From the NCBI GenBank assembly GCA_964016885.1, contig OZ024740.1, positions 367,846,001-367,910,000 of the forward strand: a stretch of DNA of 64,000 bases, written 5' to 3'. This document shows, piece after piece, positions 1 to 13,100 of this stretch; position 1 is the stretch's first letter, and each line of letters starts with the position of its first letter. This DNA comes from Eledone cirrhosa. Taxonomy: Eukaryota. A program made the translations under genes and the position numbers. The notes below the pieces were generated by a model. The model was not told the origin of the DNA and searched no databases. It saw only the letters and a list, made by a program, of their open reading frames with translations.

Positions 1-469
1 TACAAACAAACCGAAAATTATAATAAATGTTCGGTAAAGCCATACGTACATATATATATATATATACATATATATGTGTGCATGTGTGTATATATAAATA
101 CATACTACTGTACGTCTGTACACATATATGTACGTATACATACTTATATATATGTAGATGTATTTATATGGCTTAAAAAAGATGCTAACTAATTGTATGG
201 CTTCGTATGTACTCAGTTTCCCGATGTTATCCAATGGATGGTAGCAAGGAAATCATATTCCTTCATGAAACTCTGGGTACCTCTGTATAAATATGCTCCC
301 ATATCGAAGGGTCATTATTTCGTAATTGTAGATTCACACTCCAATAGGTTAAGGTTCTTCAGTTCAATATGACGTTATATATTATCCTGAATTATTTCTA
401 TGCACATCGCTCCAATCATTTTCAATCATGTTAAATATATATATTTATATATATATATATATACCTATA

Positions 470-1240
<771 letters not shown>

Positions 1241-1654
1241 TGTTTATTTGTGTGCTTGTGTGTGTGTATGTGTGGGTGTATGTGTGTATTGGAAGATGAT
1301 TCTATTAGTAGAGATGGGGGAGGGAGTTGTGTGTGTGTGTATATGGGTGTTATGTATGTGTGTGCGAGTATGTTAAGATGGAGAGAATATATATTTTGTG
1401 TGTGTGTATATATATATGTGTGTAGGAAAGTGGTTCTATTAGTAGAAATGGGGAGGGAGTTGTAGGTGTGGGGGTTGTTATGTGTGTGTATGGGTGTTAT
1501 GTTTGTGGGAGTATGGTTAGCATGTTAAGATGAAGAGAATATATATATATATATATATATATATTGTGTGTGTGTGTATGTGTGTGTGTAGGAAAGTGAT
1601 TCCTTTAGTAGAAATATTTTTGAATGAACATATTTTCCTTACTTTTTCGTGTTT

Positions 1655-1705
1655 GCCGTCGAACAGCTTGAGCTCTGCCGTCGGGGTCATACTTTTTCCT
1701 ATTAC
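1655..1705 (+). mobile_element. fragment of family C PLE-type 3' end (half-hammerhead)
   Basis: GCCGTCGAACAGCTTGAGCTCTGCCGTCGGGGTCATACTTTTTCC followed by a TA repeat; matches the copies at 2071, 50941, 57970, 58421 and 59109. Confidence 0.6.
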
Positions 1706-1772
<67 letters not shown>

Positions 1773-1994
1773 GAGTATACACTCAAAGAGTCATTTACAA
1801 TTAATTAGCTCAAAGAATGAAGCATTTCCGAGCCGTGTAATACAAGTTAATATAAATTAATATATGATAAACACCTAAGTGTTTGTATTGTAAAATACAG
1901 GGGTTAGCTAGAATGAAACAAACTAATTCAAATTAATATAGCCTGCCTGTATCGATTTAAAAAATAATAAATCATATAATAATTTATATTAACT

Positions 1995-2062
<68 letters not shown>

Positions 2063-2070
2063 TATATATA

Positions 2071-2225
2071 ACGAAGGATTTATGGTAAGGAACCAGATGG
2101 CCCATAACGCACCAGAGTACTCAATACTTTGGATAGTAGACTGGTAAATAGGAAAAGTATGACCCCTGTCCAGAAATAGCCATCGAAAAGGCTTGAGCTC
2201 TGCCCGCGGTGTCATACTATTTCCT
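2071..2225. mobile_element. family C inverted mini-element in (TA)n
   Basis: Long arm GGTAAGGAACCAGATGG...GAGTACTCAATAC...GTATGACCCC joined to a short opposite arm ending GTCATACTATTTCC. TA repeats on both sides. Confidence 0.7.
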
Positions 2226-2243
2226 ATATGAACACACACATAT

Positions 2244-2347
<104 letters not shown>

Positions 2348-2360
2348 TATATTTATATGC

Positions 2361-2395
<35 letters not shown>

Positions 2396-2406
2396 TATAT
2401 ATATAT

Positions 2407-2478
<72 letters not shown>

Positions 2479-2564
2479 ATATATACACATAGATGGCTTC
2501 CAAAAATAATGGTCGCATTTTAAAAGGGTACGTCAAAGCTTATTTGTAGAACTGTTATATACTG

Positions 2565-2629
2565 TATTTTGTCTGATGAAGGCATACCATAGTTTAATTT
2601 GGTATCCCTGAAATATGTATAATGAAATA
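2565..2629 (+). ncRNA. type I hammerhead ribozyme
   Basis: TATTTTGT-CTGATGA-AGGCATACCA-loop-TGGTATCCCT-GAAA-TATGTA-TA-ATGAAATA. Helix II is 9/10 bp and helix I is 8 bp with GU pairs. It lies in a ~200 bp island between TA tracts. Confidence 0.75.
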
Positions 2630-2710
2630 AATATGGTTTTATAAATATAGTTTCCATTTATTAATATCGTATATATAGACATATATATCTTTCATATGTG
2701 TATATCTATA

Positions 2711-2882
<172 letters not shown>

Positions 2883-2893
2883 CATATATATAT

Positions 2894-2924
<31 letters not shown>

Positions 2925-3204
2925 GATATATAGATATATAATTTATATATACATATATATACAGTTTTGCGAGGTTTTTTATATGAAATCGTGTGTCGAA
3001 ACAAATATTGTTATACTTGGGGAGGGTCATATATGTGTAATATTGCCAGAATTAATAACAGAACACACTCACTGTTTGGTTGGTTTTCGCCTCTCGCTTC
3101 TGTGTCTTTTATATCGGTAATCTAACTTACTCGGTCCTCAATGTTGCCGGCGGTCAAAAATAATACAGATGCAATATAGACACAAACACATATATATATA
3201 GTTT

Positions 3205-3246
3205 ATCATAAATCTTTCGTTGCACATCTGCAACATCATCAGTGGT
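3205..3246 (-). ncRNA. minimal hammerhead ribozyme in Naiad B pseudo-LTR
   Basis: ACCA-CTGATGA-TGTTGCA-GATG-TGCAAC-GAAA-GATTTA-TGAT on the minus strand. Confidence 0.75.
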
Positions 3247-3460
3247 GCTATATTTTCCTCCTGTTGTATTGTATGTCTACGCCATTTTTATTCAGTCTGA
3301 CTATATATTTATTTATTTATTTGCATGTTTGTTTATTTTATTTTGTCTTCTTTGCGCATGCGTTTGCGTGTGTGTATAGTGTTTTGTTTGCTGTTTGATG
3401 GGTGACTAGTGTGTGTTTATGAGCTTGTTGTTATTGTGCTTGTGTATGTATTTATTTAGG

Positions 3461-3830
3461 AAATGTATCATATGTAAGGTGAACCCCCGAATAAACTGTA
3501 AAACTAGAAACGTAGTCTATAGCATAAGATGTACAGAGGGTACTTGCAGAAACATGACAACAACATACATAGGTGAGACAGCTCGTAGCATAGGTGAAAG
3601 GATAGACCAACACTGGGGGGAACTAAAAGGACGAAAAAACGGGTCAGTACTATACGAACATGCTAGACGACAACATGACGGTAACATAGACAGCATAGAA
3701 ATTAGAATAATATATAAACATAGAAATGACCCAGCAGATAGGCAAATCAGAGAGGCCAGTGAAATAGAAATTAGAAGACCAAGCTAAACAGAAAGAATGA
3801 ATGGAATAACAACAACACCCAAACAAACAA
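3461..3830 (+). pseudogene. C-terminal GIY-YIG endonuclease remnant of Naiad-like PLE
   Basis: CIICK..NCKTRNVVYSIRC..C...YIGETARSIGERIDQH...LYEHARRQH...RQIREASEI, then a frameshift to LNRKNEW. Closely parallels family A. Confidence 0.88.
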
Positions 3831-4098
3831 CACTGACCTAAGAGAAGTATAAATAAGTAAATAAAATAAAATAAATAAATAAATAAATAAATGAATACAT
3901 ACACAAGCACAATAACAACAAGCACATAAACACACACTAGTCAGCCATCACACAGCATACAAAACACTATACACACACGCAAACGCATGCGCAAAGAAGA
4001 CAAAATAAAATAAACAAACAAGCAAATAAATAAATAAATATATAGACAGACTGAATAAAAATGGCGTAGACATACAATACAACTGGAGGAAAATATAC

Positions 4099-4141
4099 CA
4101 CCACTGGCGATGTTGCAGATGTGCAACGAAAGATTTATGAT
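4099..4141 (+). ncRNA. hammerhead copy with mutated core (CTGGCGA)
   Basis: Same helices as 3205-3246, but the core has A6>G and is probably inactive. Confidence 0.6.
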
Positions 4142-4938
4142 AAACTATATATATGTGTTTGTGTCTATATTGTATCTGTATTATTTTTGACCGTCGGTCA
4201 GTCAATGGCAATATTGTGGTCCGAGTAATTGAGATTACCGATATAAAAGACACAGAAGCGAGAAGCGAAAACCAACCAAACAGTGAGTGTGTTCTGTTAT
4301 TAATTCTGGCAATATTACACAAATATGACCCTCTCCAAGTATAACTATATATATACACGTTTATATATATGTATATATTTATGTATATATATATATTTAT
4401 ATTATATATGTATCTATATGCAAAATATATATCTATATGGAGAGATAAAAACATACAACACAATAAAATAATATAAATAACTTAAATTATAATATATTAC
4501 AATGTGTAATATTTAACGGAATATATTCGGAACAGAAAACCGATTAATTTGAAGGGATATATGAATTTATATTATACTTAATAAAACATATCAGGTGGAA
4601 TAATACACTCTAGAAATTGAGTTCTATTTATTCCGGAAAATTTTCCCTAATACTTCTCATATATATACTGTGCTTAACTGTCATGTACACGGAGTAAGCT
4701 ATATTTGTATTCAAACTATAGGTAAGGGATTCTGTTCCATGTCATTATATTATGCTATATTAGGAATTAATGTGTATATGTATGTATATATTCACATATT
4801 CAAAATTATACATATATGACGCTGACATATATTTACACATACAAGCATACACACACACATACATACACATACAGATATATATACATATATATATGTACAT
4901 AGCTAAGACTACGTAAAACCGATTCCTAGTGTCTTAGT

Positions 4939-4980
<42 letters not shown>

Positions 4981-5751
4981 TAAAATATATATATATTTGT
5001 GTGTGTGTGCATATGTGTGTGTGTATGTGTGTGTGTGTCTGCGTACGTGTGTGTGCATAGTCCTGTTTTTGCGGAGATGAGTATGTGTGTATGTGTTTAA
5101 ATGTGTTCATTGAAGCGACTTCGAAGTCGAGTATTTGCTTCCAACCATTCATTATGCAGTCATGAAACATGGTCTTGGTGCAATCGTATTACAATGACTC
5201 ATGAGAATTTGCTAAAACTTTCAATCCAATTCGATTTGCCGTCAGTTAAATGCAATCCCATCTAATTTTAGTAAAAATTATTTTATTGTTAATAACCTTA
5301 CATTTACTTTATTTATTTCTATTTTTAATATTTTCCCTTATACTTTATGGAATATGTCGGATCGCATTCAATAAGAAAGAATATTTCTTGCATGATGAAA
5401 TTTCTTTCCCACGGTACAGGATTCAATAAATGCTATGTTTGCCAAGCACTACACTCCAACCCATTCTCACCATAGAATATATTTATTAAATTCCAAGGCG
5501 GAGTAAAGTTTCGGTCTTTTTTTCCCTATGATAAATGTTTCTTCTCGTGGTGATATGAACAGAAGAAGAATTACAAATTTATTTTCTGACATGTCATTCG
5601 AGCGAATGCGATCTATATATCTTTATTACAGCATCTATTTACAGCATCTATCTATTCTTGATGCTGATTTTCATTTAAATCCTTCTGTCATATTTTTTAT
5701 CACATTTCAATGTCCACCACAATATTCTACTGTCCCACAAAATAAATCGGT

Positions 5752-7014
5752 TTGCAACTCGGCACGTGGAGGGGCAGACCGATGCCCTCCGATGGCGTCG
5801 TCGGACGCTGGACGGAGGGCCCGGTGAAGTTGCTCGGGGTCTGGTTCGGACCGGACCTCCAGGTGGAGAAAAACTGGGCGGAGGTTACGAACAGGGTGTT
5901 TGCACTGACCCAGAAGTGGGCCAGTTGCAAACTATCCCTGAAAGGTCGGGCGGAGGTGGCCAACACCTACATAGCGTCCGTCATCTACTACCGCCTGACC
6001 GTAGTGCCCTGCCCAAGGGAAACGCTCACCAAGATGGAGCGCGCGCTCTTCCAATTCCTTTGGAAGAGGCGGGCTCCTATGGTGAGGAGATCCATCTGCT
6101 GTCAACACCCTTCGAAAGGAGGGCTGGGGATGCCGTGGCTAATGATGCGTAAACACGCATTAAGGCTACGGCACCTCTACGTATTCCTCACCGGACAACC
6201 GGTGTGGGCCTCGTTTGTGAGACGAACCTTTCCCAGACTCGTCTCACTCACCGAGCTGCAATCCTGGGTCAAGCAAAGACCGAGAAAACTGGGCGCCTGG
6301 CACACTGAGTGTGCCCAGGCGCTCACCGCCCTCTGGCAGGCGGATCCGGTTATCAGTGGAGACTCCACCGCAACATTCTATAGAGGGCTGGTGCGCAGCA
6401 GGTGCGACGACGCCCTCGGAGAAGCCCTAGACATGGAGGAGGACGAACTGGCCAGCCTGTTCGGTAGGACATTCAGCCCGGGACCTATGGACAACTTCCA
6501 GAAGTCCCTGGCCTGGCAGTGCTACCGAGGGGCTTTACCCGTTCGAGAAAGGCTCTACAGACACGGGCGCCCGGGTAGGGACCCCGCCAAAAAGATCTGT
6601 CCCAGATGCGTGTGCGACGAGGAAACCGTTGCACACGCATTAGTACACTGCTCGGGCGTAGCCGATCTGTGGGGCTATGTCGAACAACTGCTGTCAAGGG
6701 TGGGACCGATCCGGTTGACCACCGAGTCTATTGTAATGATCAAGCCGCCTCCCCCCTTCAAAGATGAAGCAGAGGCGGTGTTTCTGTGCGTAATAGCCAT
6801 GGCGAAAGAGGTTGTATGGTGGACGCGTCTGAAAGGACTGAGGTCGGGCACCTTTCTCTCTGGCCAACAACTGGTCCGTTTCTTCCGATATCATTTCGGA
6901 AGAAGGATCAGGATGGAGAGAGAGGTGCTGCACCCCAGCCGTTTCTATGAAAGATGGGTGAAAGTGGCGAGAATGGCCCGTGTGAATGGGCCTTCACTCT
7001 ACATCAGACTATAG
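5752..7014 (+). CDS. C-terminal part of ORF2 of a Tx1/L1-clade LINE (RT thumb and zf-RVT zinc finger), 5'-truncated
   Basis: Uninterrupted 420 aa ORF with VKLLGVWF, LSLKGRA, KGGLG and CPRC..EETVAHALVHC. GC content is far above the flanks. Confidence 0.9.
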   Translation: MQLGTWRGRPMPSDGVVGRWTEGPVKLLGVWFGPDLQVEKNWAEVTNRVFALTQKWASCKLSLKGRAEVANTYIASVIYYRLTVVPCPRETLTKMERALFQFLWKRRAPMVRRSICCQHPSKGGLGMPWLMMRKHALRLRHLYVFLTGQPVWASFVRRTFPRLVSLTELQSWVKQRPRKLGAWHTECAQALTALWQADPVISGDSTATFYRGLVRSRCDDALGEALDMEEDELASLFGRTFSPGPMDNFQKSLAWQCYRGALPVRERLYRHGRPGRDPAKKICPRCVCDEETVAHALVHCSGVADLWGYVEQLLSRVGPIRLTTESIVMIKPPPPFKDEAEAVFLCVIAMAKEVVWWTRLKGLRSGTFLSGQQLVRFFRYHFGRRIRMEREVLHPSRFYERWVKVARMARVNGPSLYIRL

Positions 7015-7290
7015 GTGAGGAAGATGAAAGACCAAGGGAGCACCCCTTCTCTGTGCTCCTGAGGAGAAGGGTTGCACACCTTTTTCGGGGGTGTGTGCGA
7101 CCCCCCAAGGCGCCTCCTCTCTATTGAGGATTTTGTTAAAAATTTATTTTTTGTTATATCTTATTTTATTTTTATATTTTGTTATTGCCTCCTCCTTATT
7201 GAGGACGTCTTTTTGTGTAAACTCCCCCCTTTGTACTTGTCCCACTTTTGATGCCCTAGTGGCAAATAAAAGAAATGAAATAATGAAATC
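5752..7290 (+). mobile_element. 5'-truncated Tx1/L1-like LINE with 3' UTR
   Basis: The ORF above is followed by a ~270 bp UTR ending AATAAAAGAAATGAAATAATGAAA. Confidence 0.85.
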
Positions 7291-7600
7291 TAGTAATGTG
7301 TTTGGTCATGTGACGAAAACCAAGCTTGCTTTATTATTTTGTGATCAGTAAAATCATTTCTTGTTACAATTTGAAAACCCATACACGTATATATATGTAT
7401 ATATACGCATATATATATATGTATGTATATATGTATATATGCATATATATATATATATATATATAGTGTGTGTGTGGGTAGTACAGTTAAATACTGGTGT
7501 TGGTACCAAATCAAGCAGTCTATGCGCAGACAGAGTGCATATAATAAATGAAAACGAGGAATTTTCGTTTGGATATGAAAAATAATTACTGTGCATCGAC

Positions 7601-7685
7601 CTATTACGCGCGTTTCACAGAGGCTTGGCTCAAGGAAACAAGGAGTTATGGACCCCAATCCAGTATCGATCTGTTCATCACACTG
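7601..7685 (-). ncRNA. degenerate hammerhead-like motif with extended helix II
   Basis: Minus strand GTGATGA-ACAG-(~50 nt)-CTGT-GAAA-CGCGCG-TA-ATAG. C3 is replaced by G and helix I is weak. Confidence 0.45.
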
Positions 7686-8375
7686 ATGATGTGACAAGAT
7701 ATACATTTTTATTGTTGTACTTGACAAATCCAGTCTATTCTCCTATGGAGAATGCTTTTTCTAGTTGTCTTAGAATGAATTCAAGATGTTGAACTCGATT
7801 ATTGTGGTTGCCAGAATAATGGGGGAAAGAAATACAAACAATTATAACATTATTAAATGAACTATATTAAAAAAATTGTCCCTTGACATAGATACATAGA
7901 TAGATCGATATGTAAGTGGGTAGATGGATCGATACAACAAGAGTTATACATATGTACAAATGAATGTCTGTGTGTCGTACAAGATAAGGTTTAATTTGCT
8001 GTCATATCTAGTAAGACAGGTTACCACATGTCCCTTGCGTGTACGACAGGCAGGCACACAGACAGATAGATAAAGAAGTACACACACACACACATACATA
8101 CACATACACACACACACACAGCCACAGACACACACACACCTGGCATAATGACTGCGACGTTATAGTTCTGGGTCTATCTAATCTCTTTCTACAACTCTCT
8201 CACTATCTCTCCCTTTATCTCACTCCTGTTGGCTTTGTATGCTACGCTACCACGTCATTGCTCCCTCTCTATATATTATAAACTCTCTTTCTCTCTCTCT
8301 CTCATTATATATATATATACATATGAATATTCGGAAAGTTTGAGCATTCTCAGCGCGAAAGGTACCCGTTACCAG

Positions 8376-8451
<76 letters not shown>

Positions 8452-8470
8452 TTATATATAAATATATATA

Positions 8471-8525
<55 letters not shown>

Positions 8526-8690
8526 GTCAATATTCATCTGTTTCCATTTCTCCGAGGGTTCTTAACCCCACTATCAGGCTAAATAATTTCTTTAATTTCT
8601 TTAGTCAAAATACTGCGATAGCTTACATTTCTAATAATTTCAAACCAACTCACTGTTTCGAAAATATTCTTACTATATATATATATGTAT

Positions 8691-8850
8691 GTCCCAAGGC
8701 TCTGATACCATCAACACTATAAACACAGAGCTGGGATATCTAAGAACTGACTAACTGCCTGATGAGGTCATAGCCATTCAATGGCTATCATCGAAATATA
8801 TATAGCAGTAAATAAAGGATTATGAGTTCATGCATTTGACTTATGTCTCG

Positions 8851-8854
<4 letters not shown>
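8691..8854 (+). mobile_element. 164-bp non-coding hammerhead mini-element (family F, copy 1)
   Basis: Near-identical reverse copy at 19321-19484 with the same boundaries. TA-rich flanks and an internal HHR. Confidence 0.85.
8754..8809 (+). ncRNA. type I hammerhead ribozyme
   Basis: ACTGC-CTGATGA-GGTCATAGCCAT-TCA-ATGGCTATCATC-GAAA-TATATA-TA-GCAGT. Canonical core, palindromic helix III, AUA site. Confidence 0.88.
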
Positions 8855-8914
<60 letters not shown>

Positions 8915-8915
<1 letters not shown>

Positions 8916-9648
8916 GAACTCCGTCATCCCATCAGGAGTAAGGACTTGGGCTTTGGTGTTGGTGTAGAGGCAGTGATATCAGGTCTACTATCTTCTTGTG
9001 GACTCCATAAGCATGTAAGAAATTCATTAGGCAGTGACGGTCCACAGAATCAAAGGCCTTCCCAAAGTCATTGAAAACCATGACAGCAGGAAGGCTCTTT
9101 GCTCTAGCTCCCTCTAATATTCTCCTAAGCATTAGGATGTGACTGGTAGTTGATCTTCCCTCTCAGAAGCCGTTCTGGTTGTCCTTGAGCTTCTTCTCCA
9201 TCTCGGGCTGGATCCTGTTGAGGATCTTTATCACAAGTGATGTCAGGGAGAGCCCCTGTAGTTGTTGCTGTTAGATAGATCTCTGGACTGTGGAGGGCGG
9301 CTCTCCCAGTAGGGTCTTAAAATGGTCCAGTCATTTCCACTTCCTATCCTCGGGCCCTGTTCTCTGGATCTGACTCGAACCCCTTCTATTCCTACCTGTG
9401 ATCTTGTTGAAGCTCATCCAGCACCCCTTACACCTATAATTGTCAACCGCTCTCTCTACACTTCTGATCTTCTCGATTGGCGCCTCCTCTCTGGCTTCAG
9501 TTTAAGCGGTACATATTCTCCTTCCTCATATGTTGATGCCGTAAGGACAGACACCGGTCTCTTGGAGACGCTGGACATGGCAGTAGTGATGATGAGGGAC
9601 AGAGACAGCTGGAGAGAACTCGTCCATGGATCTCGGGAATTTTACCCG

Positions 9649-9650
<2 letters not shown>
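8915..9650. mobile_element. RTE-clade LINE fragment with 5' inversion
   Basis: Minus strand ~8930-9360 has RT motifs LRRILEG..MVFNDFGKAFDSVDR..LHAYGV. Plus strand ~9510-9650 has the RTE C-terminus SYVDAVRTDTGL..MMRDRDSWRELV followed by (TA)n. Confidence 0.75.
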
Positions 9651-9742
<92 letters not shown>

Positions 9743-9854
9743 ATATTTTATTAAAATAACAGATTAAAGTTTCAGAAGAACCCGTTAAGGGTGAAGGCAG
9801 CGATTCTTTGCTTAAACTTTAATCTCGTATTCTAATAAATAAATAAATATATAA

Positions 9855-9990
9855 CATCATCAACATCATCATCATTTTACGTCCGATTTTCCCTGCTTGC
9901 AAGGGTTGGACGGGTCCTATTCAGCACAGTATCTCTCCACTTGTCACGGTGCTTCGTCATCTCCTCGGTGCGTTTTAGCGATCTGAGGTC
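9855..9990 (-). mobile_element. RTE-type 3' tail fragment with (GAT)n end
   Basis: CATCATC..TTTACGTCCGATTTTCCCTGCTTGCAAGGGTTGGACG, similar to 19513-19565. Confidence 0.55.
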
Positions 9991-10119
9991 TGCCTCTACT
10001 GCGTCTTCCTTCTACTGGGATTTTTTGGCACTTCTTTACCCAAAAGAATGAAAATATTATAAAATAATTGTTAAAATTATAAAATGAATTATAATAAAAT
10101 ATGTCCTTGATGCTCAAAT

Positions 10120-13100
10120 ATAATAATGTAAATAACAATTCAAATAAAAAAAGAATTGCAAAAAGAAAAAGAAAAAGAATGTAATGTCGTCAAAAATAAA
10201 GGTTTCTAAATCAATTTCATTCTCAACTCTATTTTCCACTGGTAATAATATCATGTGATTGTCATCACTTGGGATTGTTTTTTCTCCTATTTCTAATAGT
10301 TTACTTGCAAAGTCCTGTAAGTCATTATTTTTTAGGATATACACTCTCATAATAATTCTTAATGATAATTGTGGAATAATGTCCAAATTGTATCAACCTT
10401 TGTACCTCTTGGTACAACTGGAAGTATTTGTCTAAAATCACCATCTAGTAAAACAGTATTCCACCAAAAGATAAATTATTCTTTTTAATCTCTTTCAATG
10501 TTTTATCAACAACCTCTAAGATCTGTTTGTGTGACATTGTAACTTCATCCCATACTAATCAATTACAATTTTTTAAGTTATCCCAAATTTGACTATTCTT
10601 TCTAATTGATGTTGTGAATTCATCAAGTATTGATGACGAAAATGCTAATTTAAACATTATCTATTAAAGTTGCTGATATTCCTGAAGAAGCAACGGCTAT
10701 TCTAATATAACCATTCATTCCATTGTTTGCTAGTAAAAACTTGATCAAAAATGTTTTCCCAGTTACATCTGGAGCATCTAAAACGTATGTTTGTTCATTT
10801 CTATTGATTATTGAATCATTTATTGTAGTGTAAAGAAGTCTGTGTTCTTCATTCAACAATGGTTCATTCTCATCTACAAAGTTTCTTATTTCTAAGTGTT
10901 CATTTACTCCTTCAATATTGTTTAATTCTAGTTCTTCATAAGTTGGTTTAGTTAGTCCCATTTCAATCAAAGCTGTTTGTCCTATTTCATATAAAGGAAT
11001 TTTAAGTTTGTGTAAAAGTTCACTGTATAATATTTCTTCATCATTTTTTTTTAATACTTATTGTTTGTTTGTCAATCGATTTAGAATATCAACTGATATA
11101 TAATACTACGGGATCAGGAGGATTGCAATGAATTAGAATTATTGCAAATGAGTATCTCACCTGGCATGGCAGTTTCATAGAAACAGTTTCTCTAAGTGTT
11201 AGTTTTAGATGACTCTCATCTTCTAAGATGCCCCTTGCAAAAATGCTTCTCGAAATGTATTACAGGCAATACCCTCATGTGATTTTACGTCTCTGAAAGA
11301 TTTTGGACCTCTAAATACGTTCAGCGATAGTCCGAGACAATAGCATTCTGTTTGATTAGTGGCACATCGTAGATTCTATAACATGTTTGCATAAATCAAC
11401 CATTCATTCATCTTTTCCATGTTTTATTGGAAGTAAGGGTATAATAACGTCTTGCATATTCATCAGAAGAAAGAACTTAAAGTTTTATTTTTGAGGTTTC
11501 TTATTCTACTTTCAACATTATTGCTGATGAAGTACAGTCTTTGGCCCTTTTCTAAATGTACATCCAATTGTTGACAATCTGGGTATCGCATGTGAATATT
11601 AAATTGAAGGATTTTCCATGCAGCCACATTTCTGTTGAGATAACGTCCTGTTACAAACTTATTGACTTCATTATATTGGACATTATTCCGTATTCGTAGA
11701 ACAGCGGCAATATCATAAAAATTAGAATCATTAATTGGATTGGGAATTTCTACAGAGAATACCGAATCTAATTGATTTAGATAATTTGTTTGCTCTAACC
11801 AAAGAAAGATATTAACATGTATGCCTCTTTTCTGCCATTCTACTGTATATGTGTAGACCTTTGTTTAGCCAAATATTCCACCTCCGTTATCAATATGTTT
11901 ATCATTTTGTTCATCATTTTGTTTAACTCTTGCGTGAAAACTCTTGCAAATATGTCGTGCCTGTCTTCGGGTTTTTGATCTTTGTATAGGTTCTCCATGA
12001 TGTCATTCCATTTAGGATTGCAAGTGAATGTTATAAATAAATCACGCCTACCGTATTCTCTCACAGGCATAACACATTGCATCGTGAGTGCTTTCCTTCC
12101 AATATCGTGGACTGCCAATAAAAGTAGCATGTAAAATTACAGCTCTTCCTAATTATTGAGCATTATTTAGAGATTCTTTTAAAAGCAATTCCCCTAAGAC
12201 CCTTAGCTTGGTTTGGTGCTTTTTAATGTACAATAACCGTTCAAACTCAATTTTGGCATACATATCAGCTAAATACATTTGGAACAATATTTTACATCTT
12301 ACAATTTGATTCCATGTATTTTATTAGTTGTAAATGATATGCATAATATTGCCTGCATGTAACGTTCTTATTTGGGACTGTTTGATTTGTATTTTGGTTG
12401 TATAAAAGTAAATAGCTATACTTTCATCTGCAATGAATCAAATGATCTATATAATTCATTGACTTTCTTTACAGTGTTATCTTTATAAGTAAAACTGATG
12501 TTTCTTCGCTGAAATTCAGTTCCAATACCAATCCCACGTAGTTAGATATTTGGTCATTATACCTTCGTGCATAATCACCAGCTGGTTTTCTATCTGCACA
12601 AATTGACAATTGAAGATACGGAATGTTAACAAAAGATGCCATAGTTTTAATTTGTCTTACAAGCTCACTATTCTCCCAAATCACCTCTTTGATGTGTCGT
12701 ATAGTGTGTAAATGTGTTTCGGTAAACTTTTCTAATATTAATATCTTCATTGAAATCATCAATAAAATAAACTTCAGCATATTTAGGAATAGTATCAACT
12801 GCATTATACAATTCTGTGATAAATTTGACCTTGTATTTTAAAAACTGGCATGAGTCCCGGCAGCGATATTGATTCACCAATTACAAAGGATGTCATTGAA
12901 TACAATTCTTATATTTTTTTCTATTCCTTAAGAAGATTTTGGAATCCCGTGTTTTCCCCAGAATTAGTGTATTTAAAGTTTCAGGTGGCCTTTCAATTAA
13001 ATTCAATTTAACTTTACCATTTGAACAACATAATCCCTTAGGTTCATCTTTAAATAGTTTTGCACAACAATGCTTACAAACTACTGACATTTGATAGATT

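Larger units (their letters stand above)
2962..4345 (+). mobile_element. 5'-truncated Naiad-like PLE (family B) with inverted 5' copy of its pseudo-LTR
   Basis: ~3009-3460 is the reverse complement of ~3890-4345 and a GIY-YIG remnant lies between the arms. Each arm has an HHR and the element is flanked by (TA)n. Confidence 0.9.
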
